Positions 1-9,048 are shown, counted from the first letter of the stretch. The stretch is 59,616 nucleotides of DNA from Candidatus Undinarchaeota archaeon (GCA_964567575.1 CAZMMZ010000006.1:7004-66619), one strand, 5' to 3'. Made by a program: numbers and translations. Notes: a model not told the origin generated them from the letters alone.

Positions 1-286
1 TAAACTGTTCCATCTTTTCCAATAGAAACAGAATTAAACATATTTGTTCCTACACTAAAAACCATTTTTCAGTTCCATCTGAATTAATTGCATAAACTCC
101 AGGTTTTGGATTTGAAGAAGTCATGTAAATTGTCCCATCAGTATGGCTAGTATCATACGGACTGATACCAGTTCGTTGAGAATTACCATGAAACGTGGGC
201 CAAGGTGAATCTGCAAGCTGTGCATTAACAGAACTAAAAGATAGAAGAGTCATAAGAAATATTAGAAATATTATTTTTGTTTTCAT
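1..286 (-). pseudogene. Secreted PQQ-like beta-propeller repeat protein, frameshifted; continues past the window start
   Basis: Signal peptide, then ADSPWPTFHG..RTG and YAINSDGTEKW motifs. The ORF stops at 50, but the shifted frame after the T5 run (plus-strand A57-61) reads FSVGTNMFNSVSIGKDGTV, a typical next blade. Confidence 0.65.
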
Positions 287-357
287 AAAAAAGAATACTA
301 AATCTCAACTAATAAACATTACGAAACCTTATATATCCAAAATAGCTAGATAGAAAT

Positions 358-597
358 ATGGACAAAAAACTTGTTCTAGGATTATCAGCTTTAGTGGTTC
401 TAGGTATTTTGGGAGTTGCCCAATACGGAAGCCCAGAACTTGTAACTGGAATGGTTGGAGCTAAAATGGCAGGCACAGGTGGCTGTGGTTTTATATTAGG
501 TTGGATAATTATAAAACTCATATCACTTGCTGTTGTGACATTTATGGTTTCAGTAATATTTTGGTACGCCAAAAAGCTGGTACTAGGGAAGAAATAG
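358..597 (+). CDS. Small two-TM membrane protein, hypothetical
   Basis: 79 aa, two hydrophobic segments around a Gly-rich linker, basic C-terminus. Confidence 0.7.
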   Translation: MDKKLVLGLSALVVLGILGVAQYGSPELVTGMVGAKMAGTGGCGFILGWIIIKLISLAVVTFMVSVIFWYAKKLVLGKK

Positions 598-646
598 TAC
601 GTTTGTTAATAAAATAATTTGAAAGAAATTACATAGAGAATTTTAT

Positions 647-1294
647 TTATTCGTATTTTCCAACAATACACATATGATCTTTTTCAAATGGATCTAAATC
701 AATTCTTTCAATAACTTTAAAGTGAGTATACATCTGGTTTGCAACCTCATTGAAAATCTTTTGCGGGCTTCTGGTTACATCAATTGATCTGGCTTTAACC
801 ATTAAGAAAACATATCCGCCTTTTTTCAAAAACATATCTGCATTCTTTTTTAAAATATCAACTTGTGTTTTCTGAGCTACATCTTCGTAAATAATATCTA
901 CTTTTGGAACAAGATCTTTGTAAGCATCAACATGATTTGCACTTTCTAAAATTGGTGCAAGGTTTCTACGATTTAATGCAAGTTGATAAAAATCAGACAT
1001 TGGACGTGGAGCAAATTCAACACCAAAAACCATCCCGTTTGGACATAAATCTGAAATGTGTGAAGGGGTTGTCCCATTACCAGCTCCAAGATAAAGTACT
1101 AGTGAATCTTCTTTGAATGGGAATTCTTTTAATCCATTACGAAGTGCTGCTGAAAGTTTTGAACGATATGGGTCCCATATACGATACTCTACACCACCTT
1201 TCTTGTCTAAACGTTCATTGTATACACGCTTTCCTGGTTTTAAATTAAGAGTAGCATAATCTCGTCCAATCTTTTTTAAATATTCTGCATTCAT
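647..1294 (-). CDS. flpA: Fibrillarin-like rRNA/tRNA 2'-O-methyltransferase
   Basis: VYNERL, YRIWDPYRSKLSAA, VLYLGAGNGTTPSHISD, YEDVAQ and KARSIDVT motifs. Confidence 0.97.
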   Translation of the reverse strand: MNAEYLKKIGRDYATLNLKPGKRVYNERLDKKGGVEYRIWDPYRSKLSAALRNGLKEFPFKEDSLVLYLGAGNGTTPSHISDLCPNGMVFGVEFAPRPMSDFYQLALNRRNLAPILESANHVDAYKDLVPKVDIIYEDVAQKTQVDILKKNADMFLKKGGYVFLMVKARSIDVTRSPQKIFNEVANQMYTHFKVIERIDLDPFEKDHMCIVGKYE

Positions 1295-2181
1295 CGGTTC
1301 TTTCCTCCGTGTTTTGATTTATGTTGGAAATTTTTCTTTTTAAATTTAGAAGGAGTATTTCTGAATCGTGGTTTGTTATCATTTTGTGATGGTTTTCCAC
1401 TACTAGGTCCTTTCTTATTATCACGTTCTTGACGTCGTTTCATAACCATTAATTTCTTTTCAAGTTTATTTGTTAAGAAACTAATTTGATCGTCTTTACT
1501 AAATACATCAACTTTAACTGCTAAACTAATAACAGATGCAAGTGCGCGTGATACTTTTCCTCTTTGGTCTTTGTGTGCGTTTTGTAAAAGATTATGTGCT
1601 AAAATAATTCCATATTTAGGTGGCTTTGCACCAGTTTTCATATGACGGAATAATGCTTTTTCTGCACCAAGAACTTGAATAGTTGAAGAAGGAAGGTTTG
1701 CAAGTCTTGCAGCGTCTCCACAATGTGCAATTAATTTTGCACCAACAGCGCTTCCTGCAATTGCTTGTAAATTAGGAAAGTTATTTTTCATTAATTTCTC
1801 AAGATATTCTTCCATTTCTCCTTTTTGAGAATATACTTGAGAAAGGGATTTTGCAAAACTTCGAACAATATGGAGATCTTTTCCATTAAATTCTCCCCCA
1901 ATACTATCCTGAGTAATATCATTAAATTCTGATCTAAGTTTTTTTGTTGAAATAATTCGGACGAATGCTTCTTGTTTTTTAATTTTTGTTGTAGCTTCAG
2001 GATAATATAAAGAATACCATTCTTTTAATCGCTCAGTACTTACACACAATGCTTGTTCTAATTCATCTACTGCAGAAATTGTTTGAGCAATACGTCTATC
2101 TGGTAAAGCTAAAGCTTCTTTTATGTCTTTTTTTGTGCGTTTAAAGCACGCTTCTCTTAAAATAGACAGTTCATTAGTCAT
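1291..2181 (-). CDS. nop5: Nop5 (Nop56/58) C/D box RNP protein, N-terminally short
   Basis: ERLKEWY..YYPE and PSSTIQVLGAEKALFRH..GAKPPKYG motifs; overlaps flpA by 4 bp. Confidence 0.95.
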   Translation of the reverse strand: MTNELSILREACFKRTKKDIKEALALPDRRIAQTISAVDELEQALCVSTERLKEWYSLYYPEATTKIKKQEAFVRIISTKKLRSEFNDITQDSIGGEFNGKDLHIVRSFAKSLSQVYSQKGEMEEYLEKLMKNNFPNLQAIAGSAVGAKLIAHCGDAARLANLPSSTIQVLGAEKALFRHMKTGAKPPKYGIILAHNLLQNAHKDQRGKVSRALASVISLAVKVDVFSKDDQISFLTNKLEKKLMVMKRRQERDNKKGPSSGKPSQNDNKPRFRNTPSKFKKKNFQHKSKHGGKNR

Positions 2182-2237
2182 TTTATATCATTTATTTCAG
2201 TTGATTGGGTATTAAAAGCTTGCGTAAGCTAGTAAAA

Positions 2238-3293
2238 TTAGAACCATTTTTTCTTTTTGAAATAAATTACCATTCCAAGAGCAATAACGCCCATTAACCC
2301 TAAAATCGCAGGATAAGTCCACTTCATATATAGTTCTGGCATAAATTTGAAATTCATACCATATAATCCAGTTATAAATGTTAGTGGAATGAAAATCGTT
2401 GCTATAATTGTAAGAACATTCATAACTTCATTCATCCGATTGTTCACACTTGAAAGATAAATATCAAGCATTCCTGAAACCATTTCTCTAAATGTTTCAA
2501 TTGTATCAATAGCTTGCATTATATGCCCATAAACTTGTCTGAAATAAATTGCAGTTTCTGGTTTTATTAGTTTTATTTCTTCTCTTTGAATATTAGATAA
2601 TACTTCTCTTAAAGGCCAAACTGCTTTTCGTAAGAATAACATTTCACTTTCAAGTTTGTGAATTTTATTTGCTGTTTTTTGATTTGGGTTTCCCATAAGT
2701 TCTTTTTCTGTAGCTTCAATTAAATCCTCAATTTTTTCTAAAACCTTAAAATAGTTATCTACAATAGCATCAATCAATGCATATGCTAAATAATCACTAC
2801 CTTTTTTTCTCATAATGCTTGTAGGCGTTTCAATATATTCTCGCACCGAATCAAAAACATTACTAGCATTTTTTTGAAAAGATAAAACAAATTTTGGACC
2901 AAGAATTAAACTTATTGGTTCTGTTTTAATTGTTTGTTTTATTTCATCATAAGAAATTGTTTTTAATGTTAAAAACACATACTCGTCGTGGTATTCAATT
3001 TTAGGACGCTTGTTTGGAGATGTAATATCATCAAGAGTAAGATGATGTATTCCAAAACTTTTTTCAACTTTTTTCAAAACTTCTGAAGACGGGGTTCCAA
3101 TGAGATTTATCCACGTAACTGAAGCTTTATTTTTGAAAGGAACGGATTCTTTAATATCAGTCGCATTGATATTTTTCACAGATTTTTTTGTATAATCTAA
3201 AATTTTGACTTTTGTTTTAACTGATTTATTGATATGGATAAAGTTATCAGTAAAAGTTGATTTGTTTGCAATTGATTTTACCATAAAAAACAT
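2238..3293 (-). CDS. corA: Magnesium/cobalt transporter CorA
   Basis: FGIHHLTLDD, RPK.E, and the GMN signature (GLYGMNF) between two C-terminal TM helices. Confidence 0.95.
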   Translation of the reverse strand: MFFMVKSIANKSTFTDNFIHINKSVKTKVKILDYTKKSVKNINATDIKESVPFKNKASVTWINLIGTPSSEVLKKVEKSFGIHHLTLDDITSPNKRPKIEYHDEYVFLTLKTISYDEIKQTIKTEPISLILGPKFVLSFQKNASNVFDSVREYIETPTSIMRKKGSDYLAYALIDAIVDNYFKVLEKIEDLIEATEKELMGNPNQKTANKIHKLESEMLFLRKAVWPLREVLSNIQREEIKLIKPETAIYFRQVYGHIMQAIDTIETFREMVSGMLDIYLSSVNNRMNEVMNVLTIIATIFIPLTFITGLYGMNFKFMPELYMKWTYPAILGLMGVIALGMVIYFKKKKWF

Positions 3294-3368
3294 AGTTAGA
3301 GGGGATTTATAAGTTTATTTTTTGACTCCGAACATTTTATAAACCCCCTATCTAATTAAAAACACGCA

Positions 3369-3602
3369 ATGGGACGAATAAAACAAAAGTTCATCAAAAG
3401 AGTCGGGAAAGCTCTAATGGAAGAGAGTTCCGATAAATTCACACCTGAATTTGACCACAATAAAAAAGAGTTACAACAAATGATTGAAAACGGTATCTTG
3501 AACAGTCCAAGTAAGATGGTTAGGAATAAACTTGCAGGTTTTATGACTTGTAAAGTTAAAATTCAAAAGGGTTTGAATATCAAGAAAAAAACAGAATTAT
3601 AA
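3369..3602 (+). CDS. rps17e: 30S ribosomal protein S17e
   Basis: MGRIKQKFIKR, F..EFDHNK and RNKLAGF motifs. Confidence 0.95.
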   Translation: MGRIKQKFIKRVGKALMEESSDKFTPEFDHNKKELQQMIENGILNSPSKMVRNKLAGFMTCKVKIQKGLNIKKKTEL

Positions 3603-3615
3603 GAGGGGAAAGAAG

Positions 3616-4305
3616 CTGACAAAAGCAGTTCTTAAATTCGGCGGATCAATTTTTATGCCAAATAGTGGGGCTGATATTGAATTTATTAGGGAGTTTTCAA
3701 CATTTTTAATTACACAATCTCAAGATCATAAATTAGCAGTTGTTGTCGGGGCTGGAAAATATTCAAGAGAATTTGGGAAGCTCGGAAGAGAATTTACACC
3801 TGATGAAGATCGTTTAGATGTGATTGGTATAATGGTTGCACGAGTTAATGCATCTATATTGATTTGTGCTTTAGGAGATTATGCTTGCCCAGAAATACCT
3901 AGAAGCGAAGAAGAATTTTTACAATTAACAAAAAAATATCCAGATAAAATAATTGTAAGTGGTGGTTTCAGGCCAAGACAACGAACCGATGCAGTAGCTG
4001 TTGAAATTGCAAAAGAATGGGGTGCAGATTTGATTATCAAAGGAACCGATGTTGATTATGTTTATGATAAAGATCCTGGTAAATTTGATAATGCAAAACC
4101 GTTGAAAGAAGTTTCATTTGAAACACTTCAAAGTTTGGGGGATCACGATCATGTTGCTAATTCATCAACGATAATTGATTCAAAAGCATCTGAAATCCTT
4201 GTTAAAAATAATATTAAATTAGCTATTATTAATGGAAAGAATCTAGAAAATGTTGCAAAGATTCTTTCAGGTGATAATTTCAAAGGAACTAAAGTTGGAT
4301 TTTAG
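3616..4305 (+). CDS. pyrH: UMP kinase, archaeal type; probable CTG start at 3616
   Basis: In-frame extension upstream of ATG 3655 gives (L/M)TKAVLKFGGS; also VVVGAG, TDAVA and GTDVDYVYDKDP. SD-like GAGGGG at 3603-3608. Confidence 0.88.
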   Translation: MTKAVLKFGGSIFMPNSGADIEFIREFSTFLITQSQDHKLAVVVGAGKYSREFGKLGREFTPDEDRLDVIGIMVARVNASILICALGDYACPEIPRSEEEFLQLTKKYPDKIIVSGGFRPRQRTDAVAVEIAKEWGADLIIKGTDVDYVYDKDPGKFDNAKPLKEVSFETLQSLGDHDHVANSSTIIDSKASEILVKNNIKLAIINGKNLENVAKILSGDNFKGTKVGF

Positions 4306-5123
4306 TTTTTCTTTTTCTCCTTTTTTCCTGATCCATCACTTTTTTGTTTATTTATGAATTCAATACCCTTTTTAAAACCAAGATAAGGGAACGGTGCGAT
4401 GATACTTGATGCAATATTTTGTAAGTGTCCAGAAACTCTTCTGAAATATCTTACATAAAGTGCGTATACAACACCATAATGTCCTTCTAAATTTTTATCC
4501 TGTTCAAGATTTATTAACAAGTCCAAAGAGGTTTTGTGAAGGTTGCTATACATCTCCATAACTTCATTTGCTTTTCCTTTATCTTTAGTTTCAAATGCGT
4601 CTGTTGTTAATTCAAACATTTTCAATATATTGGTTCTGAGATTACATATCGCAGTGAAATATTTTCCTTTCATTTCAACAGGTTTGAATAAAGTTAATCG
4701 TGCAAGATCTTTTGTATAGTCACCTAAACGCTCTAAATCAATAATAATACTGGTTAAAATCAATGCAGAAGGGACATTTGGAGCAGAGTTTGCAGCAAGA
4801 TATTCCATTATCCTTGTTCTTAATTTTTGAGCATGTTCATTGATTTTAGTATCTTCCTCATTTATTATTTCAATAATATTCTTGTTGCTTTGATCTTTTC
4901 GAATTGCAATTCCAGAAATCAAAACATTACAAACTTCATTAAACATGAATTTGTCTCTTTGAAGCATGTAAAGTGCATCTTTATACGCTCGTACAAGAAT
5001 TGGTTTCTTCTGCCAAATATCTGCAACTTGTTCAAAAGTACTAGTTGGGCGCTTTCTCCAAATAGCGAACTTTTCATTGTATTCTTTTAATTTACTTCTA
5101 ATGATACTTTTCATTTTTTTCAC
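4302..5123 (-). CDS. PhoU-family phosphate uptake regulator (two PhoU repeats)
   Basis: DLERLGDY and RYFRRVSGHLQNIA PhoU-like motifs in a helical protein. Confidence 0.8.
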   Translation of the reverse strand: MKKMKSIIRSKLKEYNEKFAIWRKRPTSTFEQVADIWQKKPILVRAYKDALYMLQRDKFMFNEVCNVLISGIAIRKDQSNKNIIEIINEEDTKINEHAQKLRTRIMEYLAANSAPNVPSALILTSIIIDLERLGDYTKDLARLTLFKPVEMKGKYFTAICNLRTNILKMFELTTDAFETKDKGKANEVMEMYSNLHKTSLDLLINLEQDKNLEGHYGVVYALYVRYFRRVSGHLQNIASSIIAPFPYLGFKKGIEFINKQKSDGSGKKEKKKN

Positions 5124-5150
5124 CTTTGTAATTTATGAGTATGATTTTCA

Positions 5151-5753
5151 TCAGTCTGGAGCCACATAACCGATAAGAGTCATGAGTTTGAGTAAGTAGA
5201 ACATTATGAGATAGTAATTGAGGGCAGTATTGAAGAAGAATCGCATTGTAGTTTTTGCCATTGATAGTTTTCCATACATTGCAATGAATCTAACAAAGCT
5301 GTAAACAACAAGAAGAATTATCGATGCAGTAACAAAAATATCTGGAGAGAAATAACCAATTACTCCACTTATGATTCCTACTAAAGTTAGTAAAACGGAA
5401 CCTATGATAACATCAATAATCTGTAAGTCTGGTCTTACTTTATGCAAAACTAATCTTGGGAGAAGTCCAATTAATAAACCTGCAATAGGTCCGTAAACAA
5501 GACCAACTGCAACAATAATTGTGAAGTGATAACTAAACCCGAAATCAGAAAAACGACAAGTACGAGAGAAAAAAACCAGATAAAAAAGAAGAATGAAAAT
5601 AAAAAGAGTTCTGCTTGTTAAAGCAAAGATAAAAATTATGAATCCTGCTATCATCAGCCATAATAATCGTTTTTTATCTAAGAATCTATCAAAAAACAGT
5701 AGGATACCTTGCGCGATGTATACGAAAAGCAACATTATGAGTATTATATCCAT
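5151..5753 (-). CDS. Multi-pass membrane protein, ECF S-component-like
   Basis: About 6 hydrophobic segments; VGLVYGPIAGLLIG resembles the ECF S-component pattern. Confidence 0.55.
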   Translation of the reverse strand: MDIILIMLLFVYIAQGILLFFDRFLDKKRLLWLMIAGFIIFIFALTSRTLFIFILLFYLVFFSRTCRFSDFGFSYHFTIIVAVGLVYGPIAGLLIGLLPRLVLHKVRPDLQIIDVIIGSVLLTLVGIISGVIGYFSPDIFVTASIILLVVYSFVRFIAMYGKLSMAKTTMRFFFNTALNYYLIMFYLLKLMTLIGYVAPD

Positions 5754-5887
5754 ATAAGATCAATCTGCATAATGGGTTTTCTCTTTTAATAGTTTTGGAA
5801 TTGCCGGGTTAGAAAGACATATATATTTTCCCGGTCACGTCTGAAGGTAATGGGTGGCCGACCTACTCTTTGATGGGTGGGGGATAA

Positions 5888-8179
5888 ATGACAAAATGTA
5901 GTGATAGACGCACGGCTGCTTCATTAACAATAAAAATAATAATGGCAATTTTTTTGCTTATTATATCTGTTCCATCTGTTCAAGCAGAAGAACAAAAAAG
6001 TTTTGTGTTAAATTCTGATAATCCAAGTTTTACATTTTTTGAATCAAAAATAGTTGAAAATAACTTACCGATTACTATGGAATTCAATGAAGCAAATATT
6101 ATTCTAAAAACAATTAAAATTCCAAATAATGCTACTATCCTTTCTGCAACTATTTCTTTAACTACACTTAATAGATACCACCATATCTTTAATTGTTCAA
6201 ATTCTTGTGATGATTCTGAAAAGTGTGACGCACCGTCTCCTGAAAATTCTTCTAATTGGTCTTGTAATTATAATTCTTGGATGAGTATTCCTTTTACTGC
6301 AACTCGGGGTTGTAATACTCCTAATGCAATAAAAATCGGAGATTATTTTTATGGGGGAGTTGATGCTGGTGATTCTATTTGTAAAATAGATTCCGGGTGT
6401 ACTTGTGAATCATTTGGTCCAAAAAGCTGTATTGGAGAAAGAAAATCTTGTAATAAAGGAGATAATATTTCTGTTGATTGGTGGATAGAAACAATACCTG
6501 ATGGAAATCCATTTGGACCTCCAGATGACCCAGTTGATATCTATCGTATTCCTGCTATATATCGAGCAAGATGGAGAAACCGAGATGGGTGGAAATGTTT
6601 TGATTGGGGAACCCATAACCTTCCTATCGAAGAATTTTACATTATTGATTCTACTAAATCGGTTCAAATGAATTATTCTTATGATTTAGATGCTGGCATA
6701 GATAATCAACAAAATCTTGAATCAACGTGTCCTCAAAATTATCAAAGTGAAGATAAAACTAATTTAACATATCCAACTCCTGCTCTTGATATTGGTAATA
6801 ATGGTGCTGATTGGACCCCTGGACTACAAGAAAACGAGATAGAGTATAATATTAATATCGCAAGTGTTCTTCAAAATTATTTAAATGAAACTGAATGTGA
6901 AAATGATATTTGTGAAATTCCTTTTAACTTTACATCTGAAACAGCCGGAGCATTGCGAATCAATAACATTTCAATTTCATATTCTTATTCACCTGAAGGG
7001 GTGGATAAAAAAGCAGAACTTAATTCCAAAGATATTATGTTAGGAGATACGATTTACAAAGCAGATAGGATAACTTTTGCAAAAGGAAAGAATCAAGATA
7101 TTCTTTTAAAATATTATGACATTAGGAATAATTCTACAACATGCTGGCAAGATAATCAAAAAAAAGATATTGTTGAAATTAATGAAAACAGAGTTTGTGA
7201 TATAGAAGATATCAATTGGGATAAGAATAAAACCCCGGTTAGTATGCTTATTTGGTCTGATCAACACGAACTTGTTGAAGGTCCTTTTTATTCTTCAAAA
7301 GATGCGACAGTTACACCAGTAACAGCAACTTCTTACAAGTTTTCAGCTAGTGTAACGTTTCCAAATAATGAATTAGAAAATTCAACTGTTAATGTCACGT
7401 TAAATTTAGAAAATTTTTCTAATTGGAATAACAGTAATAATTTTACTCTTTATATAGAAGGAAATAAAACAAATTACTCTATTAATGATAAACAGTTAGG
7501 ATTTACTTTTCAATCCACTTTAAAGGGAAATTATTCAATACAAATAAGATATACGATTCCTCCATTAAAATCAATTATATCAAGTAATAGTGGGGTTCCA
7601 GAACCACCTCGTAGTCGTGGGGGTGGGGGGCGTTCATCTCCAAATCCAGAAAAAGAAACAGTAAAAGAATCTTTTGATATTCAATATGACGCTACAATTG
7701 GTCTTTTAGCTCCGGTTTCTAACGAAATCGATATACAAGAAGACCAAGTAACAACAAAAAGTACTCCTATATCCGGCTTTTTGACATTAGCTCAATTGAA
7801 AACTCCAACAAGTAAAATTATTACTGGATTAATTGCAGGAATCTTAATTGTTGTAACACTCGCAACAAGATTAGAATATAAAACTTCATTACCAAAACTT
7901 CCAAAAACAAAACCAAGCACCCCTGTTATTGAACCGCAACTTAACAAACATATGGAAACAATTTTGAAAGGTTTAAGTTTCCGTGAACAAGAAATTTTAA
8001 AAACAATAATGAAACAGGATGGCCATATGACTCAAGCTAGAGTATATCATAAAACTGGAATCCCAACAACTTCACTTTCTCGTTGGATGGATACTTTAGA
8101 ACGAAAAGGTCTTGTTGAATCCTCACGTCGTGGAAAACTAAGAGATTTAAAAGTGACAACGAAATTCACTGGAGATTAA
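5888..8179 (+). CDS. Large secreted Cys-rich protein with TM helix and C-terminal winged HTH (MarR-like)
   Basis: Signal peptide ending VQA, Cys-rich region, Gly/Ser/Pro linker, TM helix IITGLIAGILIVV, then LSFREQEILKTI...TQARVYHKTGIPTTSLSRWMDTLERKGLV wHTH. Confidence 0.8.
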   Translation: MTKCSDRRTAASLTIKIIMAIFLLIISVPSVQAEEQKSFVLNSDNPSFTFFESKIVENNLPITMEFNEANIILKTIKIPNNATILSATISLTTLNRYHHIFNCSNSCDDSEKCDAPSPENSSNWSCNYNSWMSIPFTATRGCNTPNAIKIGDYFYGGVDAGDSICKIDSGCTCESFGPKSCIGERKSCNKGDNISVDWWIETIPDGNPFGPPDDPVDIYRIPAIYRARWRNRDGWKCFDWGTHNLPIEEFYIIDSTKSVQMNYSYDLDAGIDNQQNLESTCPQNYQSEDKTNLTYPTPALDIGNNGADWTPGLQENEIEYNINIASVLQNYLNETECENDICEIPFNFTSETAGALRINNISISYSYSPEGVDKKAELNSKDIMLGDTIYKADRITFAKGKNQDILLKYYDIRNNSTTCWQDNQKKDIVEINENRVCDIEDINWDKNKTPVSMLIWSDQHELVEGPFYSSKDATVTPVTATSYKFSASVTFPNNELENSTVNVTLNLENFSNWNNSNNFTLYIEGNKTNYSINDKQLGFTFQSTLKGNYSIQIRYTIPPLKSIISSNSGVPEPPRSRGGGGRSSPNPEKETVKESFDIQYDATIGLLAPVSNEIDIQEDQVTTKSTPISGFLTLAQLKTPTSKIITGLIAGILIVVTLATRLEYKTSLPKLPKTKPSTPVIEPQLNKHMETILKGLSFREQEILKTIMKQDGHMTQARVYHKTGIPTTSLSRWMDTLERKGLVESSRRGKLRDLKVTTKFTGD

Positions 8180-8268
8180 TCTTATATAATATTATACCAA
8201 TTAACTAACTCATACCTAAAGAAAATAATCAAAAAAAGACATTTCGTGAAACATACCACTATCTTGGA

Positions 8269-8556
8269 ATGCATGAGATGTATGTTCAACAAAAAGAAGA
8301 AGAACAAAAAGAAAATGAACAACTTTTATCAGAACTTACTTTTTTAGAATCAACTAGATTTGTTGAATCTATGAAATATGTTTTTAGAATCATACAAGGT
8401 ATATCAGGTCAAGGGAGAGGAATTTGTCCGAATGAATTTTATAGTAATCTTGAACATCTTCTTTCAGCCAGGTATCTTTATTCTAAGAAATTAGATAAAT
8501 TTAATTTTGAACCAGAAAAAATTAAAACAGAACAAGGACTTCGACTTTTTTTATAA
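8269..8556 (+). CDS. Hypothetical protein
   Basis: 95-aa ORF in an otherwise empty AT-rich gap; no recognisable motif. Confidence 0.5.
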   Translation: MHEMYVQQKEEEQKENEQLLSELTFLESTRFVESMKYVFRIIQGISGQGRGICPNEFYSNLEHLLSARYLYSKKLDKFNFEPEKIKTEQGLRLFL

Positions 8557-8606
8557 ATTCAAAAATTTTAAGAAAAACAAAATTACATTTAAAAAATATA
8601 AAAGAT

Positions 8607-8867
8607 ATGTTTGATGAAACAAAAAATACAGTACGATGGGATAGAAAATTACTTTGGGGAGAATATCACCATTTGAAAATAGCATTACTTAAAATAACAA
8701 AACAATTATCATGGTTTAATTTTTCTATAAAACTTCATAAACTTACACGAGAAAAGGCATATGCACTTAACACTCTGACAAAATTGGAAGAAGATATGAA
8801 ACAAAAGAAAAATACAAAAGAACTTTTAGATAATTTAGATACAGATATACATAAATTGAAATACTAA
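8607..8867 (+). CDS. Hypothetical protein
   Basis: 86-aa helical, basic ORF; no recognisable motif. Confidence 0.5.
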   Translation: MFDETKNTVRWDRKLLWGEYHHLKIALLKITKQLSWFNFSIKLHKLTREKAYALNTLTKLEEDMKQKKNTKELLDNLDTDIHKLKY

Positions 8868-8880
8868 TTCTAAACGTAAA

Positions 8881-9048
8881 CTATATAAGGACAAAATTTC
8901 GTGTAATAGTCACCATTAGGGGAATAATTGCCCTCTGGCATAGCGTATAATTATAGGCCAAGGCATAGAACCAACTAGTTCTATGCGTTTTTGATTGTAC
9001 GTTGCCGCTTAATTGAGGTGATAGCGGACACAAATATAAACTACTACA
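8881..9048 (+). promoter_or_regulatory. Promoter and structured 5' leader of the rpl3 superoperon
   Basis: TATA-like CTATATAAG at 8881; perfect 9-bp stem 8963-8971/8978-8986 followed by GTTTTT; CCGCT/AGCGG hairpin at 9005-9027. Confidence 0.55.
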
